From NCBI GenBank assembly GCA_963718005.1, contig CAVQXV010000008.1, positions 82,557-146,556 on the forward strand: a stretch of DNA of 64,000 bases, given 5' to 3'. Shown here piece by piece: positions 47,983 to 58,244 of the stretch. The notes under the pieces were generated by a model. It worked only from the letters and a program-made list of their open reading frames with translations, had not been told where the DNA came from and did not search any database. Within the stretch, counting starts at the first letter, position 1, and the number at the start of each line of letters is the position of its first letter. Position numbers and translations under genes: made by a program. This DNA comes from an uncultured Gemmatimonadales bacterium. Its GTDB lineage: Bacteria; Gemmatimonadota; Gemmatimonadetes; Gemmatimonadales; JACORV01.

Positions 47983-48393
47983 CTAGGCGTGGTCTGCCGG
48001 GTAGTGGAACTTGTGGAGCAGGCGGTGCACGCCGGGAGCCAGCAGGATGGCGGCCGTCACCAGGAAGACGAGGCCGGAGTAGAGCGCGTAGCAGCCGGCG
48101 AAGAATTTGCCGCCCGCCGTCAGCGGCATCTCGACGGGCCCCATGCCGCCCAGGAGCATCGTGGCGTTGAGGTAGGAATCGAGCCAGCCGAGGCGCTCGA
48201 AGTGGTGGTAGCCTGCCATGCCGATCAACAGCGAGACGAAGACGAAGGCGCTCGCGATGGCGAAGTGACGCGCCAGCCGGCGCAGGAACATCGCGCGCGA
48301 GATGGGCGGGACGTGGCGCGGCTCATAGAGCCGGCGGCGCCGTGCGGGTGGGGCCGGCGGGCCGGCGGCGGCGGGGCTCCCTGGCTGCTCCAT
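47983..48393 (-). CDS. small two-TM protein resembling a K+-channel pore module
   Basis: TM1-GYHHFERLGWLDSYLNATMLLGGMGP..GKFFAGCYALY-TM2. Confidence 0.6.
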   Translation of the reverse strand: MEQPGSPAAAGPPAPPARRRRLYEPRHVPPISRAMFLRRLARHFAIASAFVFVSLLIGMAGYHHFERLGWLDSYLNATMLLGGMGPVEMPLTAGGKFFAGCYALYSGLVFLVTAAILLAPGVHRLLHKFHYPADHA

Positions 48394-48403
48394 GACCGTG
48401 GGC

Positions 48404-48631
48404 CTATGCCGCCGAGGCGGCCGGTTCTCCCGCGTCGGCCGGCGCCGACTCGTCGAGGAGCGCGATGGCCTCGACGAAGGTCCGGGGCGAGAGGCCGCGC
48501 CGGGCCATGCTGGACGCCAACTCCAGCATCGCCGCCTGCAGCGCATGCCGGGTTTCCCTCGTCCGGTACAGCTCCGGCTCCCATGACGGCTCGACGAGGC
48601 CGTCCGGCTCCTCACCCCATGCCCTGGTCAT
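48404..48631 (-). CDS. hypothetical protein (75 aa)
   Basis: ATG with upstream purine-rich tract; divergent from the HTH gene. Confidence 0.45.
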   Translation of the reverse strand: MTRAWGEEPDGLVEPSWEPELYRTRETRHALQAAMLELASSMARRGLSPRTFVEAIALLDESAPADAGEPAASAA

Positions 48632-48653
48632 GGCGGATCCCCCCGGCCTGGCG

Positions 48654-48677
48654 ATAGTAGTTGCCAGCGACTATTAT
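48654..48677. promoter_or_regulatory. imperfect inverted repeat, candidate operator
   Basis: ATAGTAGTTGC-CA-GCGACTATTAT (9 of 11 complementary) in an AT-rich divergent intergenic region. Confidence 0.4.
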
Positions 48678-48740
48678 GCGCTAGAGCGCTATGGCGCGCA
48701 AGAGCCCAATAGCTAGCTTGCGGGAACCGGACGGCGGGAC

Positions 48741-48947
48741 ATGGGAGTTCGACTCGATCTGACGGCATTGCTGCGCACGCGGGGACTCACGCGGTACGCG
48801 CTGGCGAAGCGGAGCGGCCTCAGCCTCTCGGCGATCTACCGGATTGCCGGCCGCTCGGGGCGCTTCACCCGGCTCGAGGCGGACACGATTGACCGGCTGT
48901 GCAGCGCGCTGCGCTGCACCCCGGGCGAGCTGATCCGGCGGGACTAG
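48741..48947 (+). CDS. Cro/C1-type (HTH_26) transcriptional regulator
   Basis: 68 aa, RGLTRYALAKRSGLSLSAIYRI..TIDRLCSALRCTPGELI. Confidence 0.85.
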   Translation: MGVRLDLTALLRTRGLTRYALAKRSGLSLSAIYRIAGRSGRFTRLEADTIDRLCSALRCTPGELIRRD

Positions 48948-49080
48948 CCGACTGTTGTTCTCCCCGTTGAGACCGATGATCAGATTCGACGAAGCGAGGC
49001 GCGTAACGCCTCCCTAACGCCCCGGCCCTACCCTTTCCGCCGCGCCGGTCGACCTGACCGGCGAACCAAAGGGGGAGCCT

Positions 49081-49467
49081 GTGCGCCGGTTCTTGATCCT
49101 GTCCGCCGTGGGCGTGGCGTTCCTGGTGGGTTGTAAGGACTCCACGAAGCCCCAGGCCGCGCCGCCTTCGATGGCCGGCCACTGGGTCGGCACCTTCAGC
49201 GCCGGCTCGTCGGTCTCGCTCGACATCACGCTGTCGGTGAGTGGCCAGACGCTCAATGGCAGCGGCACGATCACGGGCGGCGGTCGTTCGACCCCGCTGA
49301 CGGCGACCGGTCTCTACATCGAGCCCAGCGTTACGCTGGGGCTCGCCATCACCGGCTACGCGGCCGCCACGATCACGGGGACCTGCAACGCCGCCGAAAC
49401 CGAGATCACCGGGACGATCAGCGGGTCCGGCTTCTCCGGCCAGGCGGTGACGCTGGACAAGGAATAG
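49081..49467 (+). CDS. beta-rich lipoprotein
   Basis: lipobox FLVGC, MAGHWVG (GxW) motif, good SD. Confidence 0.75.
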   Translation: MRRFLILSAVGVAFLVGCKDSTKPQAAPPSMAGHWVGTFSAGSSVSLDITLSVSGQTLNGSGTITGGGRSTPLTATGLYIEPSVTLGLAITGYAAATITGTCNAAETEITGTISGSGFSGQAVTLDKE

Positions 49468-49485
49468 GGGGCGCCACCCGGCCGG

Positions 49486-50377
49486 CTAGCGCCAGGTCAC
49501 GCCCAGGAAGATCCCCGTCATCGCGGGGCCCTTGTCCTCCATGCCGGTGCCGGCACCCGACAGGTACAAGTTGGTGCTCGTCGAACCGATGAAGGCGTAG
49601 CGCACTTCCGGCCGCAGCGTCAGGTGCGGGGTCCGGATGGTCAACCCTGCCACCAGCGGCACCGTCAGGACGCGCTCGTTCCAGCCCTTACCGTACATGG
49701 ACGTGCTGTTGTCGCCGAATCCCCACAGGTCGCTGAAGTCCACGCCCAGCCCGACGTACGGCTTCAGGCTCGCACCTGGGTTCGGGTTCAGCGGCAGCCG
49801 CAACGTGGCGGCGATTCCGCCCGAGAGCGAGCCGTTGGTCAGCGACGAACCGTTCCCCACGTAGCCGCTCCCCGCGTCGTTCGAGGCGCCGCCGGTGCCG
49901 ACGTGCGCCTCGAGACGGAACCGCGTTTGCAGGGCGCCCAGTCGGAGGGGCATGCCCCCTTCGTAGAAGCCGCTCACCTGGACCTGGCTCCACGCCTGCC
50001 ACGCCGAGGCGCCGCCGCCGTAGAACCAGTAGCTCGTCTTGTACGACGCGTAGCCGAGGCTGAGGCCGAACGCTCCGCGTTCAGTCGCCAGCGGGATCGG
50101 GGCGGCGGGTATCGGGTGCGGCGGAGGCCGCGATCGGCGTCGGCTTGGTCGGCGTGGTTGGCGCCGGAGCGGCGGAGGGAGCCGGCAGCGTCTTGGCGAC
50201 GCCGGCGTGCTTCGCGCAGGCGGTCGTTGCCGTGGAAGCGGTGGAGTAGGTGCCGTCCTTGCAGAGGAACCGGGCGCCGGCGGGTGCGGCCTGCGCCGCG
50301 AGCCAGGACGGTGACGAGACGAGCATCGCCAAAGCGGCGATCGCGGCCCAACGGCCGGCTCGGGTCTGGGTTTTCAT
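49486..50377 (-). CDS. secreted protein: Cys motif (DUF3761-like) + Pro linker + OM beta-barrel (one frameshift near 50110)
   Basis: signal peptide, CKDGTYS..ACAKHAGV; barrel frame open upstream to ~50110; PYVGLG, LRPEVRY, C-terminal GVTWR. Confidence 0.6.
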
Positions 50378-50600
50378 CGGTGAACTCCTCGAGTGACGTG
50401 GAGACCTGGACGAGCGAGCCCCGGCGGTCTGCCACTGTCCGCCGGCGGGCGCCGCTCGCGTCGAGTCTCCAACAACGCGGTCACACTATAGCGTGCGGGC
50501 GTTAGGGGAGCGTCATGACAATCGGCGGGAATACGGGGCGCGTGCGGTCGGGATTCGGAAGGGCGCTTGCCCTACGCGCGCATCAGAGTGCTCGAGGAGA

Positions 50601-50616
50601 TGGCACGTTCGGTGCG
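50601..50616 (+). promoter_or_regulatory. candidate sigma54 promoter
   Basis: TGGCACGTTCGGTGCG with GG-N10-GC spacing, ~90 bp upstream of the lipoprotein ATG. Confidence 0.4.
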
Positions 50617-50704
50617 CGTGGATGGAGCTGAATGCTGTTCGCGATCGGCGGGCGTGGCCCGCGGCCGAGGAGCGACGCTGCTCACCCAGGAAATGAGGCT
50701 TCAG

Positions 50705-51164
50705 ATGCGGCACCCCATCCCGTTCGCCTGCTCGTTGCTCGTCCTGGCCGCGGCTTCCTGCGCACCGACGCCGCCACAGGCGAAGCCCATCGCCCCGCAG
50801 GATTTCGCCTACAAGGTCGCGCCGGAACGCGTGTGGAACGCTCTGTTGCTCGTCTACACGGATCTGAACATCCCCATCGAGAACATGGACAAGGCGAGCT
50901 GGTTCATGCGCAGCCGGGAGATGCTGCTGCAGAACGCGGATAGGATCGCGTGGATGGACTGCGGGTCTGGCGGTCCAAAGGGCGTGAGCGTCCGGGTCAT
51001 GGTGACCACCCTGTTGCGCCCCTCCGCCGACACCACCCTCATGCGGCTGAACCTCCACGTGGAGGCGACACGGATGGCGAGCGGCAGCCTGGTGCCAGAC
51101 CACGTGCATCAGTCGCGGAGTGCTCGAGCAGCGGATCGTCGAGTCGGTGCGGCAGCGCCTCTAG
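50705..51164 (+). CDS. lipoprotein of unknown function (frameshift near the 3' end)
   Basis: lipobox AAASC, ERVWNALL, MDCG..CISRGVLEQRIV. Confidence 0.7.
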
Positions 51165-51226
51165 CGGCGCGCCCTGCCCTCGCGCCGCGGCCCGTCGGCT
51201 GGGCCCCGATCGGCGCGGGGACGCAG

Positions 51227-51309
51227 TGCCCGAGGAGAGAGTCGAACTCTCACGCCGTTGCCGGCACGGGATTTTGAGTCCCGCGTGTCTGCCATTCCAC
51301 CACTCGGGC
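51227..51309 (-). tRNA. tRNA-Leu(CAA)
   Basis: GCCCGAG acceptor stem, GGAATGGCAGAC D loop, CTCAAAA anticodon loop, long variable arm, GTTCGAC T loop; CCA not encoded. Confidence 0.96.
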
Positions 51310-51445
51310 GAGTGCGGGAATATATCCTCGCCACGAGCCTCCGGCGCGCCACAACCAGCCCCTGAAATTCCAAACCCCCGGCCGATTGCTCCGGGGGCTT
51401 GGTGCGCTCCTGCATGCGGTACGATGCCACCTCACGATCTCGGGA

Positions 51446-52052
51446 TTACCGCGACCCCGGGCCAGGGCGGTCAGCCGGAGGTTGACCCTGTAAGCCGGGC
51501 CTTCCTGCCGGCGCACGCCACCGTCCCTCACGGATCGTCTGAATCCGCTGCATCAGCATCTGCCGCATGTACAACAGCCGGGCGCGCTGCACCGGCGTCA
51601 GGAACTGCGCCAACTCCCGCTGCTCCTGCTGCTCGAGCTGGGCGCGCGCGACGTGGTTCTGCACCAGCGCGTCCTGGAGCCGCGCCAGGCTGTCCTGGTT
51701 CGCCGCCACCCCCGGCCGCATCTGCTCGGCGATCGCGACCCGGAGGTCGCGCTCGTGATCCTGCACGTGCAGCCGGCGGTCGCGGTCCGCCCGCCACGCC
51801 GTCTGCAGCTTGTCCATCTGCTGGTCGTTGAGGCCCAGCTCGGTCTTCACCCGCTGCGCGAACCGCATCTCGATCTGCGCCCGCAGCTGCTCGCGGCGCG
51901 CCCCCATCATGCCCGGCCGCGCGCCGCCCATCTCCATCGGAGCGCCGCCCGATTCCGGCGGCGCGCCGTGCGGCGGGTTCTGTGCGCCCGACGGCCGTGG
52001 CGGCGCCGAGCGCCAGCGCGAGAGTGGCGGCCTGCCAAGTGAGCTTGTTCAT
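51446..52052 (-). CDS. Spy/CpxP-like periplasmic protein
   Basis: signal peptide, LGLNDQQ and LTPVQR motifs, Gly/Met-rich linker. Confidence 0.75.
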
Positions 52053-52059
52053 GACACCA

Positions 52060-52536
52060 TCAGCCTTCCGCACCGCCCAGCGATGCGAGCAGAGTTTGCA
52101 GTTGATCTTCCGTCAGGTCGTCCAGCGACGCGCCGGAGGGCGCGGGCGGCTCCGTATCGGCCACCGCCTTGAGCTGCGCCGTGGCGTCGAGCACCGCCTC
52201 GAGCTGGCGCGCGCTGAGCGAATCCATCGCCGGGATCGAAGCCGGTAGCGGGAGCGAGGCGGCCGGCCTGGAATGGTCGGCCAGATTCATCACCAGCCCT
52301 GCCCCCACCAGCACCACGACCGCCGCCGCCGCCCTCAGCGCGGGCGGCGACATCCACAGGACGCGCCGCCGCTCCACTTCCCCGCTGCGCAGCCGCTCCA
52401 GCACCCGCGCCGCCACCCGCTCCACGTTGACCTGGGCGGCCCGCCGCGCGGCCTGCGCATTCAGCGCCTCGAGCGCCGCGTCGAGCGCGGGAGGCAGCGC
52501 CTCGTCGTTCATCCGGTCGTCGTTCATCCGATCCAT
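52060..52536 (-). CDS. putative single-pass anti-sigma factor
   Basis: overlaps the ECF stop; one TM (AAAAVVVLVGAGL); LDDLTEDQLQTLL. Confidence 0.65.
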   Translation of the reverse strand: MDRMNDDRMNDEALPPALDAALEALNAQAARRAAQVNVERVAARVLERLRSGEVERRRVLWMSPPALRAAAAVVVLVGAGLVMNLADHSRPAASLPLPASIPAMDSLSARQLEAVLDATAQLKAVADTEPPAPSGASLDDLTEDQLQTLLASLGGAEG

Positions 52537-53069
52537 GCCTTGAGCCTCTTGACGGCGTGGTGATAGTGGACCCGTGCCGCCCCTTCACTGATGCCCAGCC
52601 CACTCGATATCTCGTCGTACCCCAGCCCCTGCTGCGCCCGCATCAGGAACACCTCGCGCTGCAGCCGCGCCAGCTTCCCGATGCCCTCCTGCAACCGCTC
52701 CGCCGCCCAATCCGCCTCGGCGTGCGCCCCCGGATCTCCCGAGGGGTCGCGAATCTCCGGCGTCAGCTCCACCACCAGGTTCCGGCGCCACTGCCGCCGC
52801 CGGTCCTTGAGGACGTTGCCGCCGATGGCGAGGAGCCAGGTCCGGAACGACGCCCCTCCCCGAAACGACCCCAACGCCCGGAACGCCTTGAAGAACGTCT
52901 CCTGCGTCACGTCTTCCAGCTCGTCGTCCGGCGCGCCCTGCGAGGCCACGTAGCGGGCCAACGCGGTCGCGTGGCGGCGCACCAGCTCGGTCGCCGCTTG
53001 ATCCTCGCCCGCGAGATACCGGGCGATCAGGTCGCCGTCAGCCGCGACGGCGGGCGCTGGAAACCCCAT
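52524..53069 (-). CDS. ECF RNA polymerase sigma factor
   Basis: EDVTQETFFKAF, FRTWLLAI, QREVFLMR..YDEIS..GAARVHYH. Confidence 0.92.
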   Translation of the reverse strand: MGFPAPAVAADGDLIARYLAGEDQAATELVRRHATALARYVASQGAPDDELEDVTQETFFKAFRALGSFRGGASFRTWLLAIGGNVLKDRRRQWRRNLVVELTPEIRDPSGDPGAHAEADWAAERLQEGIGKLARLQREVFLMRAQQGLGYDEISSGLGISEGAARVHYHHAVKRLKAWIG

Positions 53070-53123
53070 GCGACAACGAGTTAGACGCGGCCTTGCGCAT
53101 CCCGTTAAGCCCCCGCGATATTG

Positions 53124-53139
53124 TCGAACAATCGTTCGA
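53124..53139. promoter_or_regulatory. palindromic TetR operator (PaaR-like)
   Basis: TCGAAC-AATC-GTTCGA just downstream of TTGCGC..GATATT promoter-like hexamers, 17 bp before the TetR ATG. Confidence 0.65.
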
Positions 53140-53156
53140 AACAATCCCGAGGCTGA

Positions 53157-53747
53157 ATGCCGGATTTCGATCGCCGCCGAGATGGACTCTTGGCTGCCGC
53201 CGCGCGCGTGTTCGCCGCGAGGGGGTACCACCGGACGAGCATGCGCGACCTCGCGCGCGCCAGCCGGATGAGCCTGGCGGGAATGTACTACTACGTCGCG
53301 GGCAAGGAGGACCTGCTGCTCGAGATCCAGAAGGGATCGTTCGAGCGGGTCCGGCGCGGCGCGGAAGAGGCCGTGGCGGGCGCGACGACGCCCGAAGAGC
53401 GGCTGCTGGCCTTCATCCGGCACCACGTCCGGTTCTTCGCCAGTCACATGGACGAGATGAAGGTGCTCTCGCACGAGGCGGAGTCGCTGACGGGCGCTCC
53501 GCTGGAAGAGGTCCGCCGGCTCAAGAAGGCGTACGTGGGTCTGCTGCTCGACCTGCTGGCGGCGCTCGACGCGCAGGACGGCGGCCACCGGATGGACCGG
53601 CACGTGGCCGCCTACACGCTGTTCGGCATGATGAACTGGATCTACACCTGGTACGACCCCGCCGGACCGGTCGGGGTCGAGGAGCTGGCGGAGTCCATCT
53701 GCCGGCTGTTCCTGAACGGCTACGCTGCGGAGGTACACGTCCGATGA
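53157..53747 (+). CDS. TetR-family regulator (PaaR/KstR2-like)
   Basis: FAARGYHRTSMRDLA, YYYVAGKEDLL, FGMMNWIYTWY. Confidence 0.92.
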   Translation: MPDFDRRRDGLLAAAARVFAARGYHRTSMRDLARASRMSLAGMYYYVAGKEDLLLEIQKGSFERVRRGAEEAVAGATTPEERLLAFIRHHVRFFASHMDEMKVLSHEAESLTGAPLEEVRRLKKAYVGLLLDLLAALDAQDGGHRMDRHVAAYTLFGMMNWIYTWYDPAGPVGVEELAESICRLFLNGYAAEVHVR

Positions 53748-54569
53748 CGGCGACGATGGAGCAGGACACGAAGACGGCGAAGCGGCTGGTGGACGTCACC
53801 AAGCAGGACGGGATCGCGATCATCGCGCTCGAACGACCCGCCGGCCAACACCTACACCTACGAGATGAACCGCCAGCTCGACGAGGCGATCCTCGACGCG
53901 CGGATGGACGAGGGCGTGTACGTGATCGTGCTCCGCGGCACCGGCAACAAGTTCTTCTCGGCGGGCGCGAACATCAGCATGCTGAATTCCGTGACGCCGA
54001 CGTTCAAGTACTACTTCTGCCTCCACGCCAACGAGATGCTGAACCGGCTGGAGCACACGCCCAAGCTGGTGATCGCGGCCCTGAACGGCCACACCGTGGG
54101 CGGCGGGCTCGAGATCGCGATGGCGGCCGACATCCGCATCGCCCGCCAGGAAGCCGGGAAGATCGGCCTGCCCGAGGTGAACCTCGGCGTGCTCCCGGGC
54201 ACGGGCGGCACGCAGCGGCTCTCGCGCATCGTGGGCAAGAGCCGCGCGATCGAGATGATGGTGACGGGCCAGACGTTCTCGTTCGAGAAGGCGCAGGAGA
54301 TCGGCCTGGTGAACGAGGTCTGGGACGGCAAGCCCGAGGAGTGGTGGGAGCGGGTGATGCTGTACGCGAAGCAGTTCTGCCCGCCCAACAAGGCCTCCAA
54401 GGCCGTGGGCAACATCAAGCGCGCGGTCTGCTCGGGCCTCGAGGTGCCCTTCGAGAGCGCGCTGGCCATCGAGCGGGAGCTGCAGCAGCTCCTCTTCCAG
54501 AGCGCGGACGCCAAGGAAGGCATCGGCGCGTACGTCGAGAAGCGCGTCCCGGCGTTCAAGGGCAAGTAG
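53744..54569 (+). CDS. enoyl-CoA hydratase/crotonase (two catalytic Glu)
   Basis: FSAGANI, GGGLEIA, GLPEVNLGVLPGTGGTQRL; distinctive YYFCLHANE. Confidence 0.92.
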
Positions 54570-56004
54570 TGCGCCTCGACCATTACATCGGCGGCGCGTT
54601 CGCGCCGTCCGCCGGCGGGAAGCGCTTCCCGGTCGAGAACCCCGCCACCGAGGAGATCCTCGGCCAGGTGGCCCTGGCCGAGGCGGCCGACGTGGACCGC
54701 GCGGTGGCGGCGGCCAAGGCGTGCTTCGAGTCGGACGGCTGGCAGAAGCTCGAGCCGCGGCGCCGGGGCCAGATGCTGACCAGGGCGGCCGACCTGCTGG
54801 AATCGCGGCTCGACGAATTCGCGAAGCTGGAGACGCTGCAGAACGGGAAGCCGTTGTTCGAGTCGAAGATCGACGTGGCGATGACCGTCGAGACCCTGCG
54901 CTACTACGCCGGCTGGGCCGACAAGATCACGGGCGCCACGCTGCCGGTCGGGTCCGGCTCGTTCGTCTACACGCTGAAGGAGCCGCTGGGCGTCGTGGGC
55001 GCGATCGTGCCGTGGAACTTCCCGCTCAACCTGGCCTCGTGGAAGTTCGCGCCCGGCGCTGGCCGCGGGCTGCACCGTGGTGCTGAAGCCCGCGTCCGAG
55101 ACGCCGCTCACCGCGCTGCTGATGGCCGAGGTGATGGAGGCGGCGGGCCTCCCGGCCGGCGCGTTCAACGTGGTGGCGGGCGACGGCCGCACGGCCGGCG
55201 CGGCGCTGGTCCGGCATCCCGGACGTGGACAAGATCGCGTTCACGGGCTCGACCGCCGTCGGCCAGGGCATCATGCGCGAGGCGGCCGGAACCGTGAAGC
55301 GCATCTCCCTCGAGCTGGGCGGCAAGTCCCCCAACATCGTCTTCGCCGACGCGGACGTGACGGCCGCGGTCAAGGGCGCGCAGACCGCGATCTTCTACGG
55401 GAAGGGCGAGGTGTGCGCCGCGGGCTCGCGCCTGGTGGTGGAGCGGAAGGTGCACGACCAGGTGGTCGAGCAGCTGGCCGCTCGCGCGAAGAAGCTGGTG
55501 CCCGGCGATCCGTTCGACAAAGCCACCCGCCTCGGCGCCGTGGTCTCGAAGAAGCAGCAGGAGACGGTCCTCGGCTACATCGCCAAGGGCGTGGGCGAAG
55601 GCGCCGCGCTCGTGGCCGGCGGCAACGCCGCCAAGGTGAACGGCAAGGGCTACTACGTCGAGGCCACGGTGTTCGACGCCGTCACGCCCGAGATGACCAT
55701 CGCCCGCGAGGAGATCTTCGGGCCGGTGCTGGCCGTGCTCGCCTTCGACGACGTCGAGGAAGGCATCCGCCTGGCCAACCAGTCCATGTACGGGCTCGCG
55801 GCCGGCATCTGGACGCGGGACGTGTCGAAGGCGCACCGGGTGGCGCGCGCGCTCAAGGCCGGGACGGTGTGGATCAATACGTACAACGTGTACGACTCCG
55901 GCGCGCCCTTTGGGGGCTATAAGGCGTCCGGGTTCGGCAGAGATCTGGGGCGAGAAGGGCTGGACGGGTACCTGGAGACGAAGACGGTCTGGGTCGGGCT
56001 GTAG
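54569..56004 (+). CDS. aldehyde dehydrogenase
   Basis: [34 protein letters not shown]. Confidence 0.95.
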
Positions 56005-56020
56005 CGGCAGGAATACAGAC

Positions 56021-56074
56021 TGCAGAACAGTTGCCAGACGCCAAGTTGGCAGTGGTTACGAGTTGCCAGAGGGC
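56021..56074 (+). repeat. family B single arm, intergenic (ALDH-thiolase)
   Basis: TGCAGAACAGTTGCCAGACGCCAAGTTGGCAGTGGTTACGAGTTGCCAGAGGGC; 21-nt core identical to 22583-22603. Confidence 0.85.
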
Positions 56075-56077
56075 GGT

Positions 56078-57425
<1,348 letters not shown>

Positions 57426-57436
57426 CCGGGAGCGGC

Positions 57437-58232
57437 ATGAGCGCATACACGCAAGTCGCGGTGAAGGTTGATGGTCCGGTGGGCACCATCACCTTGAACC
57501 GCCCCGACAAACTCAACGCCTTCACCGTGGACATGGTGCAGGAGTTGAAGGAAGCGCTCGGCATGCTCGCCGGCTCCTCGGCCGTGCGCGTCATCGTCCT
57601 CACCGGGGCGGGCCGGGCGTTCTGCGCGGGCGCGGACGTCGGCCTGCTCAAGGGCCTGATCGAGCGGTTCGACGAGGCCACGGGCCGCCGCCTGGTGGAC
57701 GGCATGCGCGGCGTGTCGGCCATCATGCGATCGGCGCCGCAGCCGGTCCTGGCCTCGATCAACGGCGTGGCCGCCGGCGGCGGGGCCAATCTCGCCCTCG
57801 GCTGCGACCTCCGGATCGCGGCCGACACGGCGCAGATCGGGCAGGTGTTCACGAAGATCGGGCTGCACCCCGACTGGGGCGGGACCTTCTTCCTGCCGCG
57901 GCTGGTAGGACCGGCGAAGGCGCTGGAGCTGCTGATCGGCGCCGAGATGGTGGGCGCCGCCGAGGCCGAGCGCCTGGGCCTCGTGAACCGGGTGGTGCCG
58001 GCCGCGCAGCTGGCCGAGGCGACGCGCGGCGTGGGCGCGGCAGATCGCGGCGGCGCCGCCGCTCGCCGTGCGCCGGCTCAAGGCCGCCGTGTACCTGAGC
58101 GAGCGCGCCTCGCTGGAGGAGGTGCTGACCTACGAGCTGGACGCCCAGCTCGCGTGCATGCAGAGCGCGGACGGCAAGGAAGGCATTGCGGCATTCTTCG
58201 AGAAGCGGCCCCCCCACTTCACCGGGCGCTGA
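57437..58232 (+). CDS. PaaG-like enoyl-CoA isomerase/hydratase
   Basis: LNRPDKLNA, FCAGAD, GGGANLALGCD, FTKIGLHPDWGG (Asp-type, no catalytic Glu). Confidence 0.85.
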
Positions 58233-58244
58233 GGAGACGGTTCC

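Noticed and set aside
48657-48668. GTAGTTGCCAGC as a fifth family B copy
   Set aside because: Only ~10 bp match; better explained as part of a local inverted repeat.
50400-50471. Possible structured leader or riboswitch (GGAGAC..GTCTCC pairing) upstream of the barrel gene
   Set aside because: Only a short stem in GC-rich DNA and no recognisable riboswitch consensus; an Rfam scan would be needed.
47850-51309. Intact integrative element or prophage at tRNA-Leu
   Set aside because: No integrase, phage or conjugation genes, and no att duplication found by eye.
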